Part shown: positions 50,243-59,824 of the stretch, piece by piece
Layout: every line of letters starts with the position of its first letter
Position numbering within the stretch: position 1 is the first letter of the stretch
Source: Minisyncoccota bacterium
GTDB lineage: Bacteria; Patescibacteriota; Microgenomatia; UBA1400; PJMF01
Direction of reading: 5' to 3'
DNA: 64,000 bases
Assembly: GCA_018646985.1 (NCBI GenBank)
Contig: JABGTR010000004.1
Coordinates: forward strand, 2,946-66,945
Notes under the pieces: generated by a model
Database searches by the model: none
Told to the model about the DNA's origin: nothing
What the model saw: only the letters and a program-made list of their open reading frames with translations
Made by a program: the position numbers and the translations under genes

Positions 50243-50342
50243 GCATCTCCCCTTTCTGGGCCGGAATTAGCACCTATCAATTTAAAATTGGTGGTTGCTG
50301 AATGGGTTAACAAGCCGGATCTCTACCCATCACTCTTGATGT
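50243..50342 (-). ncRNA. SAM-I riboswitch
   Basis: CAUC-AAGAG...AGCAACC...GGUGCUAAUUCCGG...GAUG core; P2a GAUGGGU/ACCCAUU; pseudoknot CCGG/CCGG; directly upstream of metK; TATAAT at 50355-50350. Confidence 0.92.
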
Positions 50343-50387
50343 TATTTAGATTATAGAACATTTTGGGGTAGAAAGACAAGAAAAAGA

Positions 50388-51587
50388 CTAAGCTTGGCCC
50401 ATGCCACGGAGCTTTAGAATGAACTTGTCTAAAGTAAATGGTGAAGAAATAGCAATTAGCTCAAAGGTAAAAATCGATAACTCAAAGGCAGAGGGGATTA
50501 AGTTGGTGATAAAAAATGCTCCCAATCCAATTAGAGTGGCATTAAATAAGTTAGATTTAAACATTTCTGCTTGAGTCATCTCAATCACCTCCTCAGAAAT
50601 ACCTTTTTCTTGGGCTAACTTGCCTTGCCTCAAGATATCTTGCAGACCAAACCAGATCACCATTATGAATGTAGCAATCGCCGTCACCGTATTTAGAGTT
50701 CGATTAGGAATACTGACATCCCCAGAAAAAATCCTAAACTCCCAAGCTAGGGGGAAGTTTCTCACCACAATATAAGCTACCACAAATAAAATTATGGTTG
50801 AGCTCCCTAAAAATCCCATTGTCTGCTTAGCTTTTTGTTGAGATTCAAGTTGTGGTTTGGTCTCTGCGACTACTTTCTGCTCAGGCTCCTCGCCCTCTGA
50901 ATCCTCTGCCGATGAAGTTTTTTTTGTATTCAACATAAATCTATGTTTCATTCTTTTAGCTAGATAGATAAAAACATGTGAAAGTAAAATTAAAATCCAG
51001 GCCCAGAAAACAATCCATAGTCCAAAATCCTTAGATCTGGTTACTATCGGATAAGGAATCTTGAACCATAAACCCTGGAGGGGATAAACTGGATAAGGAA
51101 TAAATTTTAATAAAATACTGGGATCAATTTTGTTGGCATAAAAATCTGTCAAAAATAATCGCCCAATCGAGATAAATAGAGTTATCTGGATCATAAAATC
51201 AACTACATAGAACAAGAAGGTCATATTGCCTTGTCTAAAATTCTTCTTAACTCTAGCTATTTGCTGATCTTCTAGTTTCAATTCATCGATTTTATCCTGA
51301 AATTTCTGCGTATTATGTGACTGCATGACTCTAATGGCACGAAATGGGACCATCAATAAAGTTTGAGTAACTCCCAACAAAACTACTGACACCCAAATTT
51401 GCTTCGTCAAAGCATAGAAACCAAATAAAATATTAGCGTAAAAATTAAAAGTCCATCCTTTGAAAAAAGCATAAACTAAAAAAACAACAATCACTGCAAC
51501 CAAGCCACTCATAACTGGTAACAACACACCAGAAGAACTAATCTTAGTATCCTTAACTAATGATGGTGAAACTTGATTGTCAGCCAT
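50388..51587 (-). CDS. multi-pass membrane protein, divergent YidC/Oxa1-like
   Basis: IWVSVVLLGVTQTLLMVPF, then coiled coil QKFQDKIDELK, then FMIQITLFI, matching YidC TM-CC-TM order by eye. Confidence 0.55.
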   Translation of the reverse strand: MADNQVSPSLVKDTKISSSGVLLPVMSGLVAVIVVFLVYAFFKGWTFNFYANILFGFYALTKQIWVSVVLLGVTQTLLMVPFRAIRVMQSHNTQKFQDKIDELKLEDQQIARVKKNFRQGNMTFLFYVVDFMIQITLFISIGRLFLTDFYANKIDPSILLKFIPYPVYPLQGLWFKIPYPIVTRSKDFGLWIVFWAWILILLSHVFIYLAKRMKHRFMLNTKKTSSAEDSEGEEPEQKVVAETKPQLESQQKAKQTMGFLGSSTIILFVVAYIVVRNFPLAWEFRIFSGDVSIPNRTLNTVTAIATFIMVIWFGLQDILRQGKLAQEKGISEEVIEMTQAEMFKSNLFNATLIGLGAFFITNLIPSAFELSIFTFELIAISSPFTLDKFILKLRGMGQA

Positions 51588-51654
51588 AACCATTGATTAT
51601 ACATGCCAAGCAACTTAATTTTAAGATCGTTAAATTCAGGTTATAATTAACTTC

Positions 51655-52731
51655 ATGAAATCAGATCTTACTAATCAAACTAATTTTTGGTCAAAACTTG
51701 AAAAACCTTTTATTGGGCTGGCTCCTATGGATGGAGTTGGAGATCATCCTTATCGATATATTCAAAAAAAATATGGACAGCCAGACATCATCTACACCGA
51801 ATTTGCGACTGTAGAGGGTTTTTGCAGAGGAGTAACGGTGCCGCTACGAGATTTTATCTTTGATAAAACCCAGCGACCCATCATTGCTCAAATATATGGT
51901 AAAACTCCTCAATTTTTTAGAGAAACTGCGACTGTAGTTTGTCAGCTCGGATTTGATGGAATAGATATCAATATGGGCTGTCCGGCTAAAAGTGTGGCTA
52001 ATGGTGGTGCTGGAGCAGGTTTAATAAATACTCCAAAATTAGCTCAAGAGATTATTGAAGCCACTCAAGCTGGTGTCCAAGATTGGGTAAATGGCAAAAC
52101 AGCCACAGATTGTGAGCATATTACTCCTGAAATAGCTAAAGAAGTAGAAAAAAGAAGCCTAAATCTGTCTGAAGAATATCAGCAACATCAGAGTATCCCG
52201 GTCAGTGTGAAAACTAGGATTGGTTTTGATAGCCCAATTATTGATCAATGGCTACCAATACTGCTGGAAACTAAACCTGCAGCGATAGCCATCCATGGGC
52301 GAACTCTGCGCCAAGGCTATAGTGGTAAAGCCGACTGGAATGAAATCGGCAAAGCAGTTCGAATAGCTAAAGATAGCTCGACTTTAATTATTGGCAATGG
52401 CGATGTTTCATCTAAAGCGGAGGCTCTAGAAAAAGTAAATCAATCTGGAGTAGATGGGGTGCTAATCGGCAGAGCTAGTTTTGGTAATCCCTGGGCATTT
52501 AATGATGAAGATGCAAGCATCAACCAAAAAGCTGCAGTTGCTCTAGAACATGCTCAGCTATATGAAAAAACATTTAATGAAGATGAAAAGTATTCTTTTT
52601 TACCAATGAGAAAACATCTAAGTTGGTACATCAAGAGTTTCGAGAAAGCTAAAGAAGTCAGAAAACAATTAGTGCTAACCAATAATAGCCAAGAAGTTAA
52701 AGAGATATTTGATAAATACGAATTACTTTGA
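51655..52731 (+). CDS. dus: tRNA-dihydrouridine synthase
   Basis: [46 protein letters not shown]. Confidence 0.96.
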   Translation: MKSDLTNQTNFWSKLEKPFIGLAPMDGVGDHPYRYIQKKYGQPDIIYTEFATVEGFCRGVTVPLRDFIFDKTQRPIIAQIYGKTPQFFRETATVVCQLGFDGIDINMGCPAKSVANGGAGAGLINTPKLAQEIIEATQAGVQDWVNGKTATDCEHITPEIAKEVEKRSLNLSEEYQQHQSIPVSVKTRIGFDSPIIDQWLPILLETKPAAIAIHGRTLRQGYSGKADWNEIGKAVRIAKDSSTLIIGNGDVSSKAEALEKVNQSGVDGVLIGRASFGNPWAFNDEDASINQKAAVALEHAQLYEKTFNEDEKYSFLPMRKHLSWYIKSFEKAKEVRKQLVLTNNSQEVKEIFDKYELL

Positions 52732-53349
52732 GTTCTTTTTTTGTAGCCACTTAACTCCCAATGAAGTAATGGGTGTCCCAAAAGCAGCAAAAGCAAATTT
52801 TAACAACCAATATGGCCAAACTAGAGATAAGATGAACCAAAAATTGCCAGGCTGATAAAAAGCTAAAAACATAAAAACGGTTGTATCTAGCAGCAGGCCA
52901 AATAGGTTTGAGAGATTGTTTCTTACCCAAAACTTATGATGTTTGAATTTTTCTTTTAGTTTTGAAAAAACATAGACATCTAGTCTTTCTGCTGTCCAAA
53001 AGGCGAACAAACTAGCTACAGTAATTCGAAGGGATTTAGAAAAAATTAAATTATAAGCATCGTTGGTAGTTAGAAATCTATCTGCAGGAGGCAATACTAA
53101 GGCAAGAATGTTAAATGCTACTAAGAAGAATAAGATATGGAGACCACTGCGCACAAAACTAAGGGCTCTTTTTTTGCCATAAACTTCGAAGATGATGTCG
53201 TTGATGCTAAATGTCAGGGGTAAAACAAAAATAGCTACCGAGGCATTGACTCCCCCCACAGCAAATATTTTGCTGCCCATCAGCTCTGCAGCCACAATCG
53301 CTGCAATATATAGCGCATGTAAAAAATCCATCTTTTGAACCTCAGTCAT
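52723..53349 (-). CDS. queuosine precursor transporter (YhhQ/VUT family)
   Basis: PLTFSINDIIFEVYGKK, RITVASLFAF, LDVYVF, WVRNNLS, DTTVF. Confidence 0.9.
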   Translation of the reverse strand: MTEVQKMDFLHALYIAAIVAAELMGSKIFAVGGVNASVAIFVLPLTFSINDIIFEVYGKKRALSFVRSGLHILFFLVAFNILALVLPPADRFLTTNDAYNLIFSKSLRITVASLFAFWTAERLDVYVFSKLKEKFKHHKFWVRNNLSNLFGLLLDTTVFMFLAFYQPGNFWFILSLVWPYWLLKFAFAAFGTPITSLGVKWLQKKNSK

Positions 53350-53474
53350 ATTTGAAAAATTGTAACACAGTGACTTAATCTATAAATTATGCATCAAAAT
53401 AGGCATTGCTATTCTTATATTATTTAGTTAATATTTAGTCTAGTTAGAATCATCTGCCACACAAAGTTTGCTTT

Positions 53475-54713
53475 ATGGCATTAGCAACTGAAAAAAAATC
53501 GACGAATCCTCTATTAATTCCCAACACTTTTAGACTTTATAGACCCATCCTATCTCATTCTCTAAAAGAACACTTCTCTTCATTTAGTCTTTCTCTAAGA
53601 GACTTTTCCAGCTTAATGCCACTACTAATCTCTGATTATGCTCCGAATGTAGCAATACCATGGTTGCTAAATGGTGATAATTGGGAAGATGCGATAGTAG
53701 ATATGTTCAAGATCCATGCTTTAACTCAGAACAGTGACCCAGCTGGGCCTAATGTGATGAACGTAACAGCCTTATCTGTATTTATGGATTGGAGACAGGA
53801 TTCAAGAACTCGAAAACCTATTCATGGTAGGGAAGGCGAGGTGGCTATTGTTCAAGGGCAAGCTAGTTTTTCAAAAGCTATGGCTACTTTAATGAAACAT
53901 ACGGCTGGAATAAATAATTTTGTTAATTTAGACGCCCATAGTCATACGGCATTAGATCAATTCAGAGCTGAAGGAATTGATACTATGAATCTAACGGCAG
54001 CTTTTCTCATGGCTGATGAGATAAAAAAACTAAATTTAATTAGAAGTGATCTGGATACAATGATATGTGGAATAGATGCCGGTAATTTACCTTTAGTGAA
54101 AGCACTTAGTCAATACCTCGATCTACCGATTGCTATTATCCGTAAGTGGAGAGAATCAATCATGGGAGGTGTTCAAAGTAAAACTCACCATGAATTAATT
54201 TTTGGGAATGTTAGAGGAAAAAGAATAATTTTAGTTGATGACATGATTAGTAGTGGTGGCACAATTAAAAAAACTGTAGATGAACTACTTAAAAATGGAG
54301 CTAAAGAGATTATTATCTGTGCAACTCATGCTGTATTATCTGGTAACGACTATTACAAGAATATTCAAGAAGTCTTAGAGCTTGAAGAAGTAAGGTTGGT
54401 AATGACTACCAATACCATACCATTAGAAAGACCGAATGGAAGAGAAAAAGATAGGCCTTTCATTCTTAAAGAAGATGGTGAGAAGAAAAAATTAGAAATA
54501 CTAGATATAGATAATTTTATTATTTGGACATTAGGAATACTACTGAATAGTAAAAATTTTGATGAAGCTAAGCAAAAGCTAAAACCACATACGCTGCAAT
54601 TAGAAGATCCAGCTATAATATATGAAGAAATCACTGGACAAAAAATGCCTAAACCAAAAGAAACAGCGATTTACAGAAAAGGTGGTGAATTACATCCTCT
54701 GCCACAAAAATGA
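53475..54713 (+). CDS. divergent ribose-phosphate pyrophosphokinase-like protein
   Basis: WRQDSR, LDAHS, DAG, ILVDDMISSGGT (PRT motif), ATHAVLSG, TNTIP. Confidence 0.8.
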   Translation: MALATEKKSTNPLLIPNTFRLYRPILSHSLKEHFSSFSLSLRDFSSLMPLLISDYAPNVAIPWLLNGDNWEDAIVDMFKIHALTQNSDPAGPNVMNVTALSVFMDWRQDSRTRKPIHGREGEVAIVQGQASFSKAMATLMKHTAGINNFVNLDAHSHTALDQFRAEGIDTMNLTAAFLMADEIKKLNLIRSDLDTMICGIDAGNLPLVKALSQYLDLPIAIIRKWRESIMGGVQSKTHHELIFGNVRGKRIILVDDMISSGGTIKKTVDELLKNGAKEIIICATHAVLSGNDYYKNIQEVLELEEVRLVMTTNTIPLERPNGREKDRPFILKEDGEKKKLEILDIDNFIIWTLGILLNSKNFDEAKQKLKPHTLQLEDPAIIYEEITGQKMPKPKETAIYRKGGELHPLPQK

Positions 54714-55789
54714 AAAAAATATTCACCGACAAAAAGGTTTCTCTAATCGTGGCTGGTGTATTAGTCATCACCATCGCTGCCACGGTGACTTTTTTTGTTT
54801 CTCAGCAAAAAGAAACAGCTGCTGATCCTGAAAACTTCCCTGAGGTTCTCTCAGCTCAAACAGAGGTTGATATCTCCGAAGTACCTGCTGAAGAACTTAA
54901 AACATTAACCGTACTCCTCCTAGGTTACGGCGGTGCTGGTCACCAAGGTGGATTCCTAACAGACGTCATTCAGCTAGCTCACATCGATTTCGAAAAATCT
55001 CAGATTAATCTCATTTCTGTACCCCGCGATCTGTGGGTCAAACTTCCCAACAACAAACAAGCCAAAATCAACACTGCTTTTACCTTAGGAGCAGATCCAA
55101 ATAAACCCATCACTAGTGGTGGACAAGTCGCTAAACAAATGGCTACTGCCGTGACTGGACTCCAAATTGATTACTTCATGGCGGTTGATTTCGTCGGCTT
55201 CAAGCGCCTCATAGGTCAAGAACTAGATGGAATTGAAGTTAATGTCCCTGAAACACTCGATGATTCTTGGTACCCAATCAAGGGCGAAGAACTAAACCCA
55301 TGTGGCATGACTCCTGAGGAAGTTGCTGAAGTAACCGCCAGCTACTCCGGATTTAATCTTGAAAAACAGTTTGAGTGCCGCTATGAGCACCTATACTTCC
55401 CACAGGGATTAGTAAAAATGGAAGGTGGCGACGCCCTCGGATATGTGCGCTCTCGTCATGGATCCGCTGGTGGAGATTTTTCTCGCAGCCAACGTCAACA
55501 TGCGTTACTCAAAGCCATTGGGAATAAACTTTGGTCAATTGAAGCGCTTGAAAATGCACCAGATTTTTTCAAAAAAACAATCAAGCACTTTACGACTGAT
55601 ATCAATTTGGAAATTGTTAAATATTTAGTGCCAGCCTTAAAAACTACCAAAAACTTTGAAGTCAAAAGCGTCGTCCTCAGCACAAAAAATGTCTTTATCA
55701 CCTCCAAATCTTCAGCGGGTGCTTTTATTGTCATCCCAAAAACTAGCTGGCAAAGTGTTCACACCTACATCCAACAACAACTCAACTAA
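54710..55789 (+). CDS. LytR-CpsA-Psr (LCP) family protein
   Basis: TM, LLLGYGG, LTDVI, SVPRDLWV, KINTA, YVRSRH, DFSRSQRQ. Confidence 0.93.
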   Translation: MKKIFTDKKVSLIVAGVLVITIAATVTFFVSQQKETAADPENFPEVLSAQTEVDISEVPAEELKTLTVLLLGYGGAGHQGGFLTDVIQLAHIDFEKSQINLISVPRDLWVKLPNNKQAKINTAFTLGADPNKPITSGGQVAKQMATAVTGLQIDYFMAVDFVGFKRLIGQELDGIEVNVPETLDDSWYPIKGEELNPCGMTPEEVAEVTASYSGFNLEKQFECRYEHLYFPQGLVKMEGGDALGYVRSRHGSAGGDFSRSQRQHALLKAIGNKLWSIEALENAPDFFKKTIKHFTTDINLEIVKYLVPALKTTKNFEVKSVVLSTKNVFITSKSSAGAFIVIPKTSWQSVHTYIQQQLN

Positions 55790-55790
55790 G

Positions 55791-56786
55791 CTATTTCTTT
55801 AGTAGTTTCTCTACTAACTTCACATCGGGTTTATTACCAATAAATAGAGGAGCTCGCTGATGCAACTCAGTGGGTACTATCTCCAACACGTCTTGTTGGC
55901 CATCACTAGCATAACCACCGGCTGCCTTAATTAAAAATGCAAAGGGGATCCCTTCATAAAGCAAGCGCAGCTTCCCATTTGGATGCTTTTTGTCTGCTGG
56001 ATAAAGAAAGATTCCACCCTTCAATAAATTGCGATGAAAATCAGCCACTAACGACCCAATGTAACGAGCTGTCTTGGGCTTGCCAGAGATATCCTGATCT
56101 GTCTTCATTTGGCTAACATGATCGGCTAAAGCTTGATCCCATTTAGGTTGATAGCTTTCATTAACACTATAAATATTACTTGCCTCAGGTAAAGTCATAT
56201 CCTCATGTGAGAGCAAAAACTCACCAATGTTTGGATCAAGAGTAAAGCCATGCATTCCTTGCCCTGTAGAATAGACTAGCATGGTGCTAGAACCATAAAG
56301 TACATATCCAGCACAAACCGCATTCTTTCCTGGCTGTAAATAATCACTCTTTTCTAAATTCTGTCCAAAACTTTGCTTACGATAGATGAGAAAAATAGTT
56401 CCCACACTCACATTGACATCAATATTAGATGAACCATCTAGTGGATCCATGTGCATAATGTATTCAGCTTGATCATGATAGTCTTCATTGAAGACAATCA
56501 AGTCAGGCTCTTCTTCAGAGCCAACTGCTTTTATATACGGAGACTGCTTAAGCAATCTCACAAAAATATCATGAGCATACTCATCTAGTTTCTGGACTTC
56601 TTCATCTTGAACATTAGTTTTCCCAGCAGCTCCCAAAATATCAGTTAAGCCAGCTCGGTTAGTTTTGTGTGAAACTATCTTGGCTGAAATCATGATCTGG
56701 TTGAGAATTTCTGCTAGTTCACGGCTGCGTTGGTTAAAGACATGAGCTTTTAGCAAATGATCGGTTAAATTAGTAATCGGTGGCAT
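55791..56786 (-). CDS. fbp: fructose-1,6-bisphosphatase class 1
   Basis: VQKLD, SEE, DPLDGSSNIDVNVSVGTIF, RYIGSLVADFHR, GKLRLLYE. Confidence 0.97.
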   Translation of the reverse strand: MPPITNLTDHLLKAHVFNQRSRELAEILNQIMISAKIVSHKTNRAGLTDILGAAGKTNVQDEEVQKLDEYAHDIFVRLLKQSPYIKAVGSEEEPDLIVFNEDYHDQAEYIMHMDPLDGSSNIDVNVSVGTIFLIYRKQSFGQNLEKSDYLQPGKNAVCAGYVLYGSSTMLVYSTGQGMHGFTLDPNIGEFLLSHEDMTLPEASNIYSVNESYQPKWDQALADHVSQMKTDQDISGKPKTARYIGSLVADFHRNLLKGGIFLYPADKKHPNGKLRLLYEGIPFAFLIKAAGGYASDGQQDVLEIVPTELHQRAPLFIGNKPDVKLVEKLLKK

Positions 56787-56811
56787 AACGCTTCCTTTCA
56801 ACTAATATTTA

Positions 56812-58152
56812 TTAATCTGCTAAACCACTCACATCATCGTCATTGGTTTTAGAAAATCCAAAATCGACTTCAGTCTTAACTGGAGCAACTGGCTTGACTA
56901 AACTATTAACTAACTCAGCTGTGTTGACCACATTCAGCTGCTCATAGAAGAAAGAGAATCTTTCCTCAAGAGACTGCCGAATCTTAGTTTTATTTTCCTC
57001 TGGCATATCCCAAGTTGCCTGCTTGAACTCTCCCCAAGCTTTTTTACGGAAACTATAGTGAAATTGCTCAACTGTTTGTTCTGGCTTGCGCTCATCACTC
57101 ATGGTTTCATCTAGCCAAGCATACATTTTGTCTCGTAACTCACTTGGGAATGCCTCATGCTCAAACTGAATATTCTGGAAACCAGTTGCTAAATGAACTT
57201 CAACTGCCTCAGACTTAGTAAATTGATTGAAGTACTCGTCTGGAAGGGTAGATGCCCCATGTTGAACACCTCCTCCCATCCCGTACTCATCTCTACTCAC
57301 TTGAGAAACATCTTTTAAAACTCCAAAATCAACACTTACGTCAGCTAAAGTACCATCTGCTAAAACTACTCCACCATGGTGAGTCCCAGTCTGGATGCTA
57401 ATTTTACTCATCCCAATCGTATCGGGAGTTAAACCAGCATTAAAGCCATCCACATAAGCTCTTAAATCCTCTAAAGTACTGTTTTTGCCACCAATGTGAC
57501 CAATCTCACCACCAAGAGAAACGGTGACTCCAGCTGGCTCTAAATCTCGAACAAATTTAGTTATCTCTAAAGAGTAATCAATGTTGGCTAGTTGTTGTTC
57601 TGCTTCGGTGGATTTATCTAAATCAACTAAAGTCGACATATCAATATCGATATTATAAAAACCACCTCTGATAGCTTCTGCAATTAAATCCTTAATAGTT
57701 TCGATCTCACCCTCCTTAGGCACACCTGGCCTAGATGCTTTAGATTGGAAGTGATCACCTTGAACAAACAATGGTCCTGACCAACCTTCTCGCAAGGCTG
57801 CAGCCATCAACACAGTGGTGTATTCTTCTGGTCGCTGATCAGTATAACCAATCTCAGATCTAGCAATTTCAAAAATTAAGGCACCTACACTGTGTTTTTT
57901 AGCAGCTGAAAAAGCAGCTCGAGCGGTATCGTAGGCCATTCCACGAATATTCATCGCTGGTACAGTCAGATCTTTGGGTACTCGGCCATCGCCTTTGGCC
58001 ATATAAAAATCATTAATTGAAGCAGGAACAATCCCCCCAGTAATTGCTTGCTGCCAAATAGAAAACCTGGCGGCTTGTTTTTGACTATCATCGCCAAAAA
58101 CTGCCTGGTAAACAAGCTCGTCCATAGGGTGACTAAAAGATGGAGTGTTCAT
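56812..58152 (-). CDS. class II fructose-bisphosphate aldolase-like protein, long form
   Basis: TVPAMNIR, QGDHFQ, GGEIGHIGG, GTHHGG, QHGASTLP, EVHLATGFQN; SD-led start at 58152. Confidence 0.85.
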   Translation of the reverse strand: MNTPSFSHPMDELVYQAVFGDDSQKQAARFSIWQQAITGGIVPASINDFYMAKGDGRVPKDLTVPAMNIRGMAYDTARAAFSAAKKHSVGALIFEIARSEIGYTDQRPEEYTTVLMAAALREGWSGPLFVQGDHFQSKASRPGVPKEGEIETIKDLIAEAIRGGFYNIDIDMSTLVDLDKSTEAEQQLANIDYSLEITKFVRDLEPAGVTVSLGGEIGHIGGKNSTLEDLRAYVDGFNAGLTPDTIGMSKISIQTGTHHGGVVLADGTLADVSVDFGVLKDVSQVSRDEYGMGGGVQHGASTLPDEYFNQFTKSEAVEVHLATGFQNIQFEHEAFPSELRDKMYAWLDETMSDERKPEQTVEQFHYSFRKKAWGEFKQATWDMPEENKTKIRQSLEERFSFFYEQLNVVNTAELVNSLVKPVAPVKTEVDFGFSKTNDDDVSGLAD

Positions 58153-58227
58153 AAATAAAATCCTTTTATTTATTACTAAGAAACTCATTATACACAAACT
58201 TGATATTGAAGATGGATATAAGATATA

Positions 58228-58243
58228 ATGAATATATATTCAT
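58228..58243. promoter_or_regulatory. perfect 16-bp palindrome, putative operator
   Basis: ATGAATATATATTCAT overlapping the end of TATAAT (58224-58229). Confidence 0.65.
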
Positions 58244-58266
58244 AAATAATATGAAAGGAAATGATT

Positions 58267-58443
58267 ATGCCAAGATTTGATAAAACAGGACCTCAAGGAA
58301 TGGGACCTAGAACCGGCAAAGGTCTAGGACAATGTATTTCTAGCTCAAACAAAAAACAATCTCTTGCAGATCGCAAGCAAGAACTCGAAAAAGAGCTAAA
58401 TAATATTAAAAAAGAAGAAGCTGAATTAATCCAAGAAAAATAA
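58267..58443 (+). CDS. DUF5320-like small protein
   Basis: MPRFDKTGPQGMGPRTGKGLGQC plus C-terminal coiled coil; AAAGGA SD. Confidence 0.8.
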   Translation: MPRFDKTGPQGMGPRTGKGLGQCISSSNKKQSLADRKQELEKELNNIKKEEAELIQEK

Positions 58444-58447
58444 TTAA

Positions 58448-58723
58448 ATGCCAAGACCCAGAAAACAACGTCGCTTGCAATTTAAACCCAACGTTCATTA
58501 CTTCAAACCCAGAGGCATTCCTCTGAGGGAGCTAAAAGAAGTGGTTTTAGAAAAAGATGAACTTGAAGCTCTAAAACTTCATGATGTTGATGGATTAGAT
58601 CAAATAAAAGCAGCTGAACAAATGGAGATCTCTCAACCAACTTTTGCCAGAACATTAGATAGAACTTACAAAAAGTTAGCTGATGGAATTATTAATAGCA
58701 AAGCAATTAAAATAAAAGAGTAA
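58448..58723 (+). CDS. DUF134 (UPF0251) HTH protein
   Basis: MPRPRK, YFKPRGIP, DELEALKL.D..GLDQ..AAEQMEISQPTFAR. Confidence 0.9.
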   Translation: MPRPRKQRRLQFKPNVHYFKPRGIPLRELKEVVLEKDELEALKLHDVDGLDQIKAAEQMEISQPTFARTLDRTYKKLADGIINSKAIKIKE

Positions 58724-58729
58724 TTAACT

Positions 58730-59824
58730 TTAAATCCAGCCGCCCACGATCACAATTCCCATTATCAACATGATTATGCCAGCAACCAAATGAAGTGTTT
58801 TTAATCTCTTTTGACGAATTTCTTCTGCCTTAGCTGGATCAAAACCTTTATAAACGGCTACTGATATTAGAACCATTGGCAACACAAAAATCAAGTTGTA
58901 TAGCAGCAAATAGAGAATCGCTTTAAATTGCGAAACTGTATTCGCCAACATTCCCAAGATAACAATATAGGGACCACTCGTACAAGGTAGTAGAAATAAA
59001 CTAATAACAAACCCAATTCCAAATGCTCCAACTGGATTTGTGACTGAGTTTAATAATTTCTTCAGATTTGGACGCCAACTCATTGGCACTTCCATTAAAA
59101 CTCCTTTGCCATACCACAACCAATCTTTGAGGTTTAATAAACCTAAAACTATTGCCATCCAACCAACTACTTTGAAAAATACCTCAGTAAAACCGCCCAA
59201 CTCTAAAGCCTTATATAAACCAAGACCCATTAGAAAATAAGAGATGAAAATTGAACTAGCAAAAGCTAAGCCAGACATAAGGGCTTTTTTACCATCTCCT
59301 GCTACTAGAATAGTGCTCATAAGAATTATCAAAACTGCAAAAGCGCAAGGATTAACGGCATCAACAATACTGGCCCCAATGACTGCCGGCAAAGTAATAT
59401 CCAAAGAAGCAGGCTCATCAGAACTATTTAAATCTGACTCATCCTGCTGATCCTCAGTATCAGTTAATAAAAATTCATCCGCCTTAACAACAAAATCATC
59501 AATAATAGACCTATCGCCTACAATAACTTTGTCACCAATTATTACTAGCGGCACACCACGCTCATTCTCTGGTACTCCCAACTTTGTGAGTAAAGAATTA
59601 AATAATAAAGCATTATCTCTATTAGAATAAATTTCTTTTTTTTCAATTGGATAATTGGCGTATAGATCTTGCTCCTCAAAATATCTATCCACTACAGAAC
59701 AATGAGGACAACCTTGCCCATAAAACAAATAAATTTTCGAATCTACTTGTGCTTGGACTACCTGTGCTGTGGCTATAAATATAAAAACAAATAATAAGCT
59801 GAATTTAATTAATTTTTTAATCAT
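58730..59824 (-). CDS. thioredoxin/glutaredoxin-like domain fused to a CcdA/DsbD-like membrane domain
   Basis: Signal/TM, FYGQGCPHC, GVP, then DAVNPCAFAV and LPCTSGPY; AGGAG-led start at 59824. Confidence 0.85.
   Translation of the reverse strand: MIKKLIKFSLLFVFIFIATAQVVQAQVDSKIYLFYGQGCPHCSVVDRYFEEQDLYANYPIEKKEIYSNRDNALLFNSLLTKLGVPENERGVPLVIIGDKVIVGDRSIIDDFVVKADEFLLTDTEDQQDESDLNSSDEPASLDITLPAVIGASIVDAVNPCAFAVLIILMSTILVAGDGKKALMSGLAFASSIFISYFLMGLGLYKALELGGFTEVFFKVVGWMAIVLGLLNLKDWLWYGKGVLMEVPMSWRPNLKKLLNSVTNPVGAFGIGFVISLFLLPCTSGPYIVILGMLANTVSQFKAILYLLLYNLIFVLPMVLISVAVYKGFDPAKAEEIRQKRLKTLHLVAGIIMLIMGIVIVGGWI

Noticed and set aside
50241-50273. ORF-track metK extension MLIPAQKGEML
   Set aside because: It lies within the riboswitch. 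Homology begins at MSLITYFTSES.
53350-53474. preQ1 riboswitch upstream of the YhhQ-like gene
   Set aside because: No preQ1-I consensus seen, and the -10 box 9 nt from the ATG leaves no leader.
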